DNA of 32,018 bases from an uncultured Bacilli bacterium. Its GTDB lineage: Bacteria; Bacillota_I; Bacilli_A; RF39; UBA660. The stretch covers positions 1-32,018 of the forward strand of contig CALWAM010000003.1 in the NCBI GenBank assembly GCA_944373135.1, read 5' to 3'. Both the position numbers and the translations under genes were made by a program. The notes beneath the pieces were generated by a model. That model saw only the letters and a list, made by a program, of their open reading frames with translations. It ran no database searches and was not told the DNA's origin. Positions 18,425 through 27,594 of the stretch are shown one piece after another. The number at the start of each line of letters is the position of its first letter. Within the stretch, counting starts at the first letter, position 1.

Positions 18425-20398
18425 TTAAAATATTTTCAAACATTTTTCTAAAATCTTAGCTTCAGTAAATCCAAAATAATCTAAAACTTGATCTTTATGG
18501 CCACTTAACCCAAAACGATCTAAACAAATCATTTTATCTTCTGTAGTAAAATCTCCCCAAGAATAATGACTTCCTGCTTCAATCACTACCACCTTAACAT
18601 TATCTGGAATAACACTTTTTTGATATTCCAAATTTTGTTTTTTAAAAAGTTCAATAGAAACCATGCTTACTAACCTAACATTTTTTCCTCTAACTTTTAA
18701 ATCATCAATAACTTTTGCTGCTAAATTTACTTCACTACCAGTAGCAATTATTACCCCATCACATGGTTTTTCTTCTCCGATAACATAACCGCCGAATTTT
18801 ACTTTAGTCGCATCACTGCCCTTAATAATTGGCAATTCATTTTTAGAAATCACGAGTGCTACTGGGTCATTATTATTTAAGATATTCTCCCACGAACCAA
18901 TAACTTCATTTATATCAGCCGGACGATAAACAACTAAATTAGGAATTGACCTAAGCATTAATAACTGTTCAATCGGTTGATGAGTCGGCCCATCCTCTCC
19001 TACAGCAATCGAATCATGAGTAAAAATATAAATAGCTGGAACTTTCATTAATGCTGCTAATCTAATAGATGGTAACTGATAATTAGAAAAACTTAAAAAA
19101 GTACTACAATATGCTCTTAAATTTAATAAAGATAATCCATTTGTGATTGCTGCCATCGCATGTTCACGTACACCGTAATAAATATTTCTACCACCATAAT
19201 TATTTCTTGAAAAATCATCTTCTTTTACTAAATTAGTTTTACATGAAGATCCTAAATCTGCACTTCCTCCCAATATAAATGGTGTACGGCTAGCAATTAT
19301 ATTCATAATTTTAGAATTAGATTCTCGTAATTCTTCTACATAATTATCGGCAATTTTAAAATTATCACTTCTAAAATTTAAAGAAATATCTCCATTATCA
19401 AAAAAAGTAATTAATCTTTGAATTTCTGACAATTCGGTTTTTTTAACTTCACTATAATATTCATACCATAATTTATATTTTTTACTTACGCGATCATTAA
19501 TTATCTTTCTAAAATTATCAATATCTTCTTCTATAACTTCTAATCGCTTAGTATCGATCTTCATCATTCTTCTTAAATTATCTAAATCATCCTTAGATAG
19601 CGGACTACCATGGACAATATTAGTCCCTTGATTAAAACTTCCTTTACCTATTATAGTCTTAATTTCAATTATAGATGGTTTATTGGTCACTCTTTTAGCT
19701 CTTGTTATCGCTTTATTAATAGCTAAAACATCGTCCCCATCTTTAACATACTCTACATGCCAGTTACAAGCATCAAATCTTTTTAAAAGATCTTCTTTAA
19801 CACTTTTACTTTTTTTGCCATCTAAAGTAACATCATTAGAATCATATAAAACAATAAGTTTGCCTAATCCATACAAACCAGCAATTGAAGCGGCTTCATA
19901 ACTTATACCTTCCATTAAATCGCCATCGCCACACAAAACATAAGTATAATAATCAATTAACTTTTGATTTTTTATTTCTTTAGATACTAAATTAGCTAAA
20001 TATCTTTCTCCCATTGCTATACCAACTGCGGTAGCTAATCCTTGCCCAAGAGGACCTGTTGTTACATCAACTCCTGGTGTAATACCGTATTCTGGATGAC
20101 CTGGAGTTTTAGAATTAATACTTCTAAAATGTGCTATATCTTCTAAATCAATATCATAACCGGCTGCATAAAGTGTTGCATATAACAAGGCTGAGCCATG
20201 TCCTGCAGAGAGAATAAATCGATCACGATTAAACCAATTTGGATTTTGAGGATTAATATTTAAATGATTAGCAAATAAAGTATACATAATTGGAGCTGCC
20301 CCCAGCACAATTCCTGGATGCCCACTTTTGGCATTACTAATCATATCAACCCCAAGCAATTTAATAGTATTAATAATATTTTTTACGTTATCATTCAT
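18425..20398 (-). CDS. tkt: Transketolase
   Basis: SGHPG, RDRFILSAGHGS, TTGPLGQG, GDGDLMEG, GVREHAM, THDSIAVGEDGPTHQP. AAAGGGG RBS favours ATG 20398. Confidence 0.96.
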   Translation of the reverse strand: MNDNVKNIINTIKLLGVDMISNAKSGHPGIVLGAAPIMYTLFANHLNINPQNPNWFNRDRFILSAGHGSALLYATLYAAGYDIDLEDIAHFRSINSKTPGHPEYGITPGVDVTTGPLGQGLATAVGIAMGERYLANLVSKEIKNQKLIDYYTYVLCGDGDLMEGISYEAASIAGLYGLGKLIVLYDSNDVTLDGKKSKSVKEDLLKRFDACNWHVEYVKDGDDVLAINKAITRAKRVTNKPSIIEIKTIIGKGSFNQGTNIVHGSPLSKDDLDNLRRMMKIDTKRLEVIEEDIDNFRKIINDRVSKKYKLWYEYYSEVKKTELSEIQRLITFFDNGDISLNFRSDNFKIADNYVEELRESNSKIMNIIASRTPFILGGSADLGSSCKTNLVKEDDFSRNNYGGRNIYYGVREHAMAAITNGLSLLNLRAYCSTFLSFSNYQLPSIRLAALMKVPAIYIFTHDSIAVGEDGPTHQPIEQLLMLRSIPNLVVYRPADINEVIGSWENILNNNDPVALVISKNELPIIKGSDATKVKFGGYVIGEEKPCDGVIIATGSEVNLAAKVIDDLKVRGKNVRLVSMVSIELFKKQNLEYQKSVIPDNVKVVVIEAGSHYSWGDFTTEDKMICLDRFGLSGHKDQVLDYFGFTEAKILEKCLKIF

Positions 20399-20454
20399 AA
20401 ATAAAGCCCCTTTACTATAATTAGTATAACACACCTACTTTATTTTTACTACCT

Positions 20455-20604
20455 TTATTCATGAACACTTATATTATTATAAATGTAATTACCTCCTTCC
20501 ATATTATTTAAATATTTATAACGATAATTAACACATAAAATAATTATTATAATCACACTACAAAATAACAATCCTTCCATATTATTTTTAATAACTTCTT
20601 TCAT
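20455..20604 (-). CDS. 49-aa single-TM microprotein, candidate SOS cell-division inhibitor (YneA/SosA positional analogue)
   Basis: GAGGTGA RBS; MKEVIKNNMEGLLFCSVIIIIILCVNYRYKYLNNMEGGNYIYNNISVHE*; own promoter containing a LexA box. Confidence 0.72.
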   Translation of the reverse strand: MKEVIKNNMEGLLFCSVIIIIILCVNYRYKYLNNMEGGNYIYNNISVHE

Positions 20605-20624
20605 AGTTAGTCACCTCAGTTATC

Positions 20625-20653
20625 ATTTTAATAAAAACATTTGTTCGTGTCAA
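20625..20653 (-). promoter_or_regulatory. SigA promoter with LexA box in the spacer
   Basis: TTGACA-cGAACaaatGTTTttat-TAAAAT; box at 20635-20646. Confidence 0.85.
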
Positions 20654-20662
20654 TTATCATTT

Positions 20663-20701
20663 GAACAAATGTTTGACTTTTTTACATTTTTTTGTTAAAC
20701 T
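20663..20701 (+). promoter_or_regulatory. lexA promoter with LexA box overlapping -35
   Basis: GAACaaatGTTT (20663-20674) overlaps TTGACT-N17-TAAACT with TG extension. Confidence 0.82.
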
Positions 20702-20719
20702 TAACTTGGAGGTTAAATC

Positions 20720-21340
20720 ATGGAAGGTAAAATCACAAAACGGCAAATGGAAGTTTTAAATTACATCAAAAAATATATTGTTAAACACGGTTATCCCCCT
20801 GCTATTAGAGAAATAGGTGCAGAATTAGGTTTATCAAGTCCGGCAACAGTTCATACCCATCTACAAAAACTAGAAACTGCTGGATTAATCAGAAAAACAA
20901 ACTCTAAATTTCGGACGATTGAAGTTATCGGTCCTAATGAGTATTTAGAAACTAAAGAAAACATTGTAAAAGTACCGTTATTAGGAAAAATAACGGCGGG
21001 AAGTCCTATTGAAGCTATTGAAAATCCTGATGAATACTTTGATTTACCAGCTTCATTAATTCCCAATAAAGAAACAATATTTACCCTTAAAGTTAGTGGC
21101 GAAAGTATGATTAACGCCGGTATTTATGATGGCGATATCGTTATTGTACAAAAACAACATAATGCCCGAAATGGTGAAATAGTTGTTGCAATGAATGATA
21201 ATAACGAAGTAACCTTAAAAAGATTTTATAAAGAAAAAGATCATATTCGCTTACAACCCGAAAATGATACAATGGCTCCTATTATTCTTGCCAATTGTAC
21301 AATACTAGGAAAAGCTATTGGTTTATATCGAAAATTATAA
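20720..21340 (+). CDS. lexA: SOS repressor LexA
   Basis: TKRQ, GYPPAIREIG, SPATVHTHL, VPLLGKITAG (Ala-Gly cleavage site), GESM Ser and VTLKRF Lys. Confidence 0.97.
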   Translation: MEGKITKRQMEVLNYIKKYIVKHGYPPAIREIGAELGLSSPATVHTHLQKLETAGLIRKTNSKFRTIEVIGPNEYLETKENIVKVPLLGKITAGSPIEAIENPDEYFDLPASLIPNKETIFTLKVSGESMINAGIYDGDIVIVQKQHNARNGEIVVAMNDNNEVTLKRFYKEKDHIRLQPENDTMAPIILANCTILGKAIGLYRKL

Positions 21341-21369
21341 AAAAGTTTACATAATTGTAAACTTTTTTT
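21339..21369. terminator. Bidirectional terminator between lexA and obgE
   Basis: AAAAAAGTTTACA-taat-TGTAAACTTTTTT. Confidence 0.8.
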
Positions 21370-22642
21370 AATCTTTAAATACAAAAACGTAATCCAAAAT
21401 TTGAACTTCATCGCCGCGCTTAGCTCCAGCCTTTTCTAATTCATCCTCTACACCCATACCTCTTAATTTTCGGGCAAATCTCATTACTGATTCATCTTCT
21501 TCAAACCTAGTCATCATAAATAACTTTTCAATTTCTTTTCCTTTAATAACCCAAACACCATTATCATTTGTAATAGTATATGGCTTTTCCTTTTTAAATT
21601 TATAAAAAACATGATCTTCTGTGACTTCTTCGTCATATAAAGGTTCATTTTTAATTTCATCTAATACGTCAGCAATCATAAATAAAGCTTCATTAACATT
21701 CTCGTTATTTAAAGCACTAATACCAATAATAGGCAAATTAGGATATTTCTTTTTAAATTTTTTTAAATTTTCTAACGCATTTGGTAAATCCATTTTATTA
21801 GCTATAATAATTTCTTTTTTCTTAGCTAATTTTTCACTATAATTTTCAATTTCTTTTCTAATTATTTCGTAATCGTTTATTGGATTTCGTCCCTCAAAAG
21901 CTCCCATATCTATGACATGAGCAATAACTCTTGTTCGCATAGCATGTTTCAAAAACTTATGGCCAAGTCCTGCGCCTTCACTAGCATTTTCAATTAAGCC
22001 TGGTAAATCTGCCATAACAAAACTACGATGATCTTTTAATTTTACTACTCCTAAATTAGGATTTAAAGTTGTAAAATGATAAGCAGCTATTTTAGGTTTG
22101 CTAGAACTAATAAGAGCTAACAAAGTACTTTTACCAACACTAGGCATACCTACTAAACCAACATCTGCTAAAACTTTTAATTCACACTTTATAATTCTTT
22201 CTTCTCCTGGCTCCCCTTTTTCACTTATTTTAGGAGCAGGATTCTCATGAGTAGCAAAAGCTTTATTACCTCTTCCCCCACGTCCTCCATGAGCCACTAC
22301 AAATTGTTCTTTATCTTTTATTAAATCAACAATAACTAAATTAGTATCTAAATCTATTAAAGTTGTTCCCTCTGGTACTTTTATAATAACGTCTGTTGCA
22401 TTTTTACCATTTCGATCGCTTCCCTTACCATTTTCTCCTTTTTCAGCCTTAACAATTTTTTGATATCTTAAATCTATTAATGTTTTAAGACCTTTATCAA
22501 CTTCAAAAATAATATCAGCGCCTTTACCACCATTACCACCATCAGGCCCCATCATTGGCCGACATTTTTCTCTTCTAAATGAAGTACATCCATCTCCACC
22601 TTTACCAGCAATTAATTTAATAGTAGTCTCATCTATAAACAT
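21368..22642 (-). CDS. obgE: GTPase ObgE/CgtA
   Basis: MFID, GKGGDG..SFRREK, ADVGLVGMPSVGKST, YHFTT, DLPG, NKMD, C-terminal OCT domain. Confidence 0.97.
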   Translation of the reverse strand: MFIDETTIKLIAGKGGDGCTSFRREKCRPMMGPDGGNGGKGADIIFEVDKGLKTLIDLRYQKIVKAEKGENGKGSDRNGKNATDVIIKVPEGTTLIDLDTNLVIVDLIKDKEQFVVAHGGRGGRGNKAFATHENPAPKISEKGEPGEERIIKCELKVLADVGLVGMPSVGKSTLLALISSSKPKIAAYHFTTLNPNLGVVKLKDHRSFVMADLPGLIENASEGAGLGHKFLKHAMRTRVIAHVIDMGAFEGRNPINDYEIIRKEIENYSEKLAKKKEIIIANKMDLPNALENLKKFKKKYPNLPIIGISALNNENVNEALFMIADVLDEIKNEPLYDEEVTEDHVFYKFKKEKPYTITNDNGVWVIKGKEIEKLFMMTRFEEDESVMRFARKLRGMGVEDELEKAGAKRGDEVQILDYVFVFKD

Positions 22643-22700
22643 AAGAATTCACCTCTTTGTTATCTTATCATATAATAATCAAATAATAAAGGAGCAATAT

Positions 22701-23069
22701 TTAACTACCACAGTTACTGATTGCTCCTAAATCATATACATATTTATATCCCATATCTAATAACAATTCTGCTGCTTGTTTACTTCTACTACCACTACGA
22801 CAATAAACAATTATCTCACGATCATAATTAGCATAAAGTTTTATTTTGTCTTCAAGATCATCAAGCGGAATATTTATACTATCAGTTAAATTACCACTTA
22901 AATATTCTTCTTCAGTTCTTACATCTATTATAATCGCATCTTTCAAACTTTTATTAATTGCTTCATTACATGAAATAGTTTGATAAATTCCTCCATTTGT
23001 AGTTTTACCATCTTCACTACACGAAGTAACTATTAATAACATTAATAATAATACGATTATTCTTTTCAT
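22701..23069 (-). CDS. Rhodanese-domain lipoprotein
   Basis: MKRIIVLLLMLLIVTSC lipobox; IIDVRTEEEY, SINIP, VYCRSGSRS. Confidence 0.88.
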   Translation of the reverse strand: MKRIIVLLLMLLIVTSCSEDGKTTNGGIYQTISCNEAINKSLKDAIIIDVRTEEEYLSGNLTDSINIPLDDLEDKIKLYANYDREIIVYCRSGSRSKQAAELLLDMGYKYVYDLGAISNCGS

Positions 23070-24202
23070 TTAAAATCACTTAACTTACTTAGTCTTTGAT
23101 ATTCCCCATGAAAATAAGTCAAAAATTTATTTATATCATCTGTTGTCGTTTGATAAGATATACTAATCCTTATCGTTGTTTTAGCTCTTTGTAAATCATT
23201 ATAAACAGCCATAACAGATGTACTTAATTCGCCACTTGCACAAGCCGTATTAGTACTTAAATAAACTTCATGGTCTTCCATAGCATGAACAAAAGTCTCC
23301 GGCTTTATATTCATTAAACTAATATTTAACATATGAGGAATAGTATACTTAGTTTTATTAATTTTTATATTCGGATAATGTCTTAAATCCTTTTCAACTT
23401 TTTCATTAAGTCCTTTAACAAAATTTTCTTTTCTAGATAAATCATTTAAAGCAATCCTCATTGCTTTTGAAAAAGCAACTATTAAAGGAAGTGGTGGTGT
23501 CCCAGGATTTAAATTATTACTTTTTCCACTACCATGTATTAAAGGAATCAAATTCACACCTTCTTTTTTATATAGTAAACCAATTCCCTTCGGCCCAAAA
23601 ATTTTGTGAGCAGAAAAAGACGCTAAATCAACATCTTTTAAATTTATTCCTACTTTTCCAAGCGCTTGCGTCATATCACTATGAAAAAAAGTATTAGGAT
23701 TTTCTTTTTTTATAATTTGTCTAAGCGTTTTTAATGGTTGTCTAATCCCCATTTCACTATTTACAGCACATATACTAACTAAAATAGTATCTTCTTTTAT
23801 CTTATTTTTTAAATCATCTATATCTATTAATCCTTCATCAGTATTATTTACATAACTTACTTTAAATCCCAATGTTTCTAGATAATCACAAATGCTATAA
23901 ATTGATGGATGTTCTAATTTAGAAACAATTATATGCTTACCTCTATTTTGATAAGCATAACATATCCCCTTAATTGCCATATTATTAGATTCTGTTGCTC
24001 CACTAGTATAAACAATTTCATCTTCTTTTATATCTAAAAGTTCACTAATTTGTTTCGTTGCACTATTAAGTAAAGCTCTCGACTTAGCCCCTAAACTATG
24101 AATTGAATTTGCATTACCTATATAATCTCTACTAGCTTTATTATAAGATTCTAAAACATCAAACAAAATAGGAGTTGTCGCCGAATAATCTAAATATATC
24201 AT
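23066..24202 (-). CDS. Cysteine desulfurase, IscS/NifZ class I
   Basis: MIYLDYSATT, TSGATESNN, EHPS, SAHKIFGPKG, PGT, TACAS. Confidence 0.9.
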   Translation of the reverse strand: MIYLDYSATTPILFDVLESYNKASRDYIGNANSIHSLGAKSRALLNSATKQISELLDIKEDEIVYTSGATESNNMAIKGICYAYQNRGKHIIVSKLEHPSIYSICDYLETLGFKVSYVNNTDEGLIDIDDLKNKIKEDTILVSICAVNSEMGIRQPLKTLRQIIKKENPNTFFHSDMTQALGKVGINLKDVDLASFSAHKIFGPKGIGLLYKKEGVNLIPLIHGSGKSNNLNPGTPPLPLIVAFSKAMRIALNDLSRKENFVKGLNEKVEKDLRHYPNIKINKTKYTIPHMLNISLMNIKPETFVHAMEDHEVYLSTNTACASGELSTSVMAVYNDLQRAKTTIRISISYQTTTDDINKFLTYFHGEYQRLSKLSDFK

Positions 24203-24267
24203 TAATACCACCATACCAATTATACATAATAATATAAAGTTCGTCTACACAAAATTTACACAAAAAT

Positions 24268-24288
24268 AAAAGAGCTTTAAAAGCTCTT
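24268..24288 (-). terminator. Terminator after the collagen-like gene
   Basis: AAGAGCTTT/AAAGCTCTT inverted repeat followed by T-rich tract on the minus strand. Confidence 0.6.
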
Positions 24289-25159
24289 AATTGATTCTTG
24301 TAATAGATACACTACCAGCCCATGATTCATTAGGCTCTAATTCGAAAGTAACAGTACCTGAATTAATAAACTTATATACTGAATTAGCAGTTGCTGTAAA
24401 TATTGCATTTCCCACTAACATTCCAGTTTGTTGTCTACTCAAACGATTATTTACAGAACTTCTAGCTATGACAGTATCAACAGGTAGTACTTCTTTAAAA
24501 TCAATACTTACCGGATCAACTTCATAATCTGCTGTATTAATTTGTCTTACATTAACCCACCAATTTATTAAATATTGACCTTGAGTATGTATTGTAAATT
24601 GTCCTGTATTTAAATCATAAGTAATTCCACTAGAAATATTTGGCGTTTCAAATAATATTGGTTGTTGAGGATCTACTGAGACTCTTCCAACTTGGTGAAC
24701 CATCGCAAAAGAATTGTAATTACCACCTGCTGGACCAGTTGCTCCAGTTGCACCTGTTGCTCCGGTTGGTCCCATTGGTCCTTGTGCTCCACTAGCTCCA
24801 GTTGCACCCGTTGCGCCAGTTGGTCCCATTGGTCCTTGTGCTCCACTTGCTCCAGTTGCACCTGTTGCTCCGGTTGGCCCCATTGGTCCTTGTGCTCCAC
24901 TAGCTCCAGTTGCACCCGTTGCTCCAGTTGGTCCCATTGGACCTTGACATCCTGCAGGTCCAGTTGGACCCATGGCACCATTCATACCATCTCTGCCTTG
25001 TGGACCGGTTGCTCCAGTATCTCCAGTAGGTCCGGTACATCCACAATCACCAGGATCTCCTTTAGGACCTGTTGGACCTGTTGGACCAGTTACACCACGA
25101 TTAATTAAACAATCTATTACTTCGCATAAACAATCATTATTTTCACAATTATTATTCAT
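24287..25159 (-). CDS. Collagen-like protein, BclA-like (exosporium type)
   Basis: Cys-rich N-terminus without signal peptide, 41 G-X-Y triplets rich in GPT/GAT, beta-rich C-terminal domain (GITYD..TGQFTI...GQYLINWWV). Confidence 0.82.
   Translation of the reverse strand: MNNNCENNDCLCEVIDCLINRGVTGPTGPTGPKGDPGDCGCTGPTGDTGATGPQGRDGMNGAMGPTGPAGCQGPMGPTGATGATGASGAQGPMGPTGATGATGASGAQGPMGPTGATGATGASGAQGPMGPTGATGATGATGPAGGNYNSFAMVHQVGRVSVDPQQPILFETPNISSGITYDLNTGQFTIHTQGQYLINWWVNVRQINTADYEVDPVSIDFKEVLPVDTVIARSSVNNRLSRQQTGMLVGNAIFTATANSVYKFINSGTVTFELEPNESWAGSVSITRIN
24740..24943 (-). repeat. 54-bp tandem repeat, about 3.8 copies
   Basis: Encodes [18 protein letters not shown] three times plus a partial copy; copies differ at synonymous sites. 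Confidence 0.9.
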
Positions 25160-25223
25160 AAAAAACTCCTTTCACTATAACATATGAAAAGAGTTTTAAA
25201 TAATAAGTGCTATCGTCCATCAA

Positions 25224-26360
25224 TTAAAAAAACAATAAATACGCCATAAAAATAAAATATATTAATAATGTAATAATACCATTTAAAATATCTCTCTTAG
25301 TAGATTTACCTTTTACCCCTACAGCCATCATTCCTAAATATCCGGTTAATAAACCACCAATATGAGCTGCGTTATCTATATTAGGAACCATAAATCCAAA
25401 TAAAATATTTATAATAATTAATGGAATAATTTGACTCATCATTACGCTGCCTAAGTACAAACGGTAATGATAGCCAAAATAAAGCATAGCCCCTAACAAT
25501 CCAAATATTGCTCCACTCGCTCCTACAGAGAAAGAATTATTTAAAACAGCCGATAATAAATTACCACCTATTGCACTAACTAAATAAACAAATAAGAATC
25601 TTTTTTTACCAATAAAAGTTTCGAGTTGAAAACCTATAACATATAAAGCATACATATTAGTTAACAAATGTAAAATATTAGCATGTAAAAATGCCGAAGT
25701 AATAAGACGATATACCTCCCCATTTTTAACTAATATACCATTATTAGCTCCTAAATAATATAAATAATTACCTAAAGGTTTAACATATAAAAAACTTAAA
25801 AAATATAATAAAACGCATATTCCTATAATCACTTTAGTTATAATTACTTTTTTAGGTTTAAAAACACTCTCATATAATTTATTGTCTTTTTCCGTTTTTT
25901 TATTTATATCCTTAGTAACATTTACAAGTAAAGAAATATCTCCTGAGTCCTTTAACATTTTATTTTTTATACTAGGAAATACCTCTAATAATAACTTATT
26001 CTTTTTAAGTTCACTTTCATCTTTAATATTGATTGATTTAATGTTTTTAAAATCTTCTATTTTTACACCATCATTTAAATCTAAAAATATATTTAAAGCA
26101 TTCATTTTAAAAGATAAAGTTTTCTTTTTAATTTGTTTCATTACATTTTTTATTTTAAATATATCAAACTTATATTGATCAATATTATGTATATAATTAG
26201 AATTAATTCTTATTATTTTATAAGGTCCCTCATTATTCTCTAACCATATTTCATTTTTAACACCATTTACAACAATCGGCGTATAATTTTGTTCTGTTAT
26301 AAAATAATGAACCAATTTCATTACTATTTCTTCTTTTTTATCCATTACTACAATGCTCAT
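25224..26360 (-). CDS. Rhomboid intramembrane serine protease with large soluble N-terminal domain
   Basis: YRLITSAFLH, HLLTNM, SVGASGAIFG, AHIGG. Confidence 0.92.
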   Translation of the reverse strand: MSIVVMDKKEEIVMKLVHYFITEQNYTPIVVNGVKNEIWLENNEGPYKIIRINSNYIHNIDQYKFDIFKIKNVMKQIKKKTLSFKMNALNIFLDLNDGVKIEDFKNIKSINIKDESELKKNKLLLEVFPSIKNKMLKDSGDISLLVNVTKDINKKTEKDNKLYESVFKPKKVIITKVIIGICVLLYFLSFLYVKPLGNYLYYLGANNGILVKNGEVYRLITSAFLHANILHLLTNMYALYVIGFQLETFIGKKRFLFVYLVSAIGGNLLSAVLNNSFSVGASGAIFGLLGAMLYFGYHYRLYLGSVMMSQIIPLIIINILFGFMVPNIDNAAHIGGLLTGYLGMMAVGVKGKSTKRDILNGIITLLIYFIFMAYLLFF

Positions 26361-26415
26361 TTATTCCCTCCATCATACTTTATAAAATATCACATATAAT
26401 TAATCAGGTGATTTC

Positions 26416-26721
26416 ATGATTATTATCTTTATTATTACCATTATTCTTTATCATTTACCAATTATCAAGTTATATAATAATAAAAAACTTAATAATGACA
26501 TTCTTTATTTTACCATAAGTAATATAATATTATTACTAGGAATTATTTTATTTTACTATTATTTTAAAGATTTCTTCTTTTCTTTAATATTAAATATTTT
26601 ACTTATTTTAAATTCTTCATTCTATATAAAAGAACTAAATAACTATAAATATATATATTTAAGTATTCCTTATTTGTTATTTAATATTTATTTTATTTTA
26701 AAAATTATCTTCAGCTTCTAA
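26416..26721 (+). CDS. Small multi-TM hypothetical protein (weakly TspO/MBR-like)
   Basis: AGGTGA RBS, about 4 hydrophobic segments, LSIPYLLFNIY; 3' end overlaps the RluA gene by 24 nt. Confidence 0.5.
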   Translation: MIIIFIITIILYHLPIIKLYNNKKLNNDILYFTISNIILLLGIILFYYYFKDFFFSLILNILLILNSSFYIKELNNYKYIYLSIPYLLFNIYFILKIIFSF

Positions 26722-27594
26722 TTCATCTAAATAATTTTGAAAATAATCCGGCAATTTAGAAACAAAACTTAACTCTTTTTTAGTAATAGGATGCTCAAAG
26801 CTCATTTTATAAGAATGTAAAAATTGTCCTATTCCTTTAATCACTTCTTTATTATATACAGGATCATTAAATATTGGATAACCAATATATTTAGCATGCA
26901 CTCTTATTTGATGAGTCCTTCCTGTTTCCAATCTAAATTTAACTAAAGTATAATTTTTATATCTCTTTAATACTTTCATGTGACTTACAGCTCTTTTTGA
27001 ATTTTTATCAGTCACTGTCATTTTCTTTCTATCCAACTTATCTCGTCCAATAGGGGCATCTATTGTTGCTTCATCATGTTTAAATACTCCACATAAAAGA
27101 GCAATATATTCTCTTTTAATTTCTTTATTTTTAAATTTTTCTGCTAATATTTGATGAGCCCTATTGTTTTTTGCCACTAAAAGTAAACCACTGGTATCTT
27201 TATCGATTCGATGCACTATACCCAATCTATTAACGCCATTAGTATCTGATAAATTATTAGTATAATTAATAAGTCCATTAACCAAAGTATTATCGGTATT
27301 TCCACTTCCCGGATGAACTACTAAACCAGTTGGTTTATCAATAACCATAATATCATCATCTTCATAGACGATGTTTAATTTCATATCCACTGGTTTAATA
27401 TCTAATTTCTTTTCCTCATAATTAATATCAATCACATCATTAACTTTTACTTTATAACTAGGTTTTACTATTTTCCCATTAACTAAAATATTTCCCTCTT
27501 TAATAAGTCTTTCTATCTCACTCCTACTAAGAATATTTCTATTACCTAATTCTTTATCAATCCTTATGTCACTATTTTCCATTATTAGTTTCAT
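26698..27594 (-). CDS. RluA-family pseudouridine synthase (RluD-like)
   Basis: S4 domain, YEDDD, KPTGLVVHP, HRIDKDTSG, LETGRTHQIRVH; follows lspA. Confidence 0.93.
   Translation of the reverse strand: MKLIMENSDIRIDKELGNRNILSRSEIERLIKEGNILVNGKIVKPSYKVKVNDVIDINYEEKKLDIKPVDMKLNIVYEDDDIMVIDKPTGLVVHPGSGNTDNTLVNGLINYTNNLSDTNGVNRLGIVHRIDKDTSGLLLVAKNNRAHQILAEKFKNKEIKREYIALLCGVFKHDEATIDAPIGRDKLDRKKMTVTDKNSKRAVSHMKVLKRYKNYTLVKFRLETGRTHQIRVHAKYIGYPIFNDPVYNKEVIKGIGQFLHSYKMSFEHPITKKELSFVSKLPDYFQNYLDELEAEDNF

Noticed and set aside
21344-21356. TTATGTAAACT on the minus strand, matching one arm of the Bacillus dif site
   Set aside because: No partner arm at the right spacing; it is part of the lexA/obgE terminator.
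19683-23697. Short antisense ORFs inside tkt, lexA, obgE and the desulfurase
   Set aside because: Fully nested opposite well-supported genes.
24740-24943. Possible CRISPR array
   Set aside because: Contiguous coding repeats without unique spacers; no cas genes.
24291-25187. Alternative-frame and antisense ORFs over the collagen gene
   Set aside because: Shadows produced by the stop-poor G-X-Y repeat.
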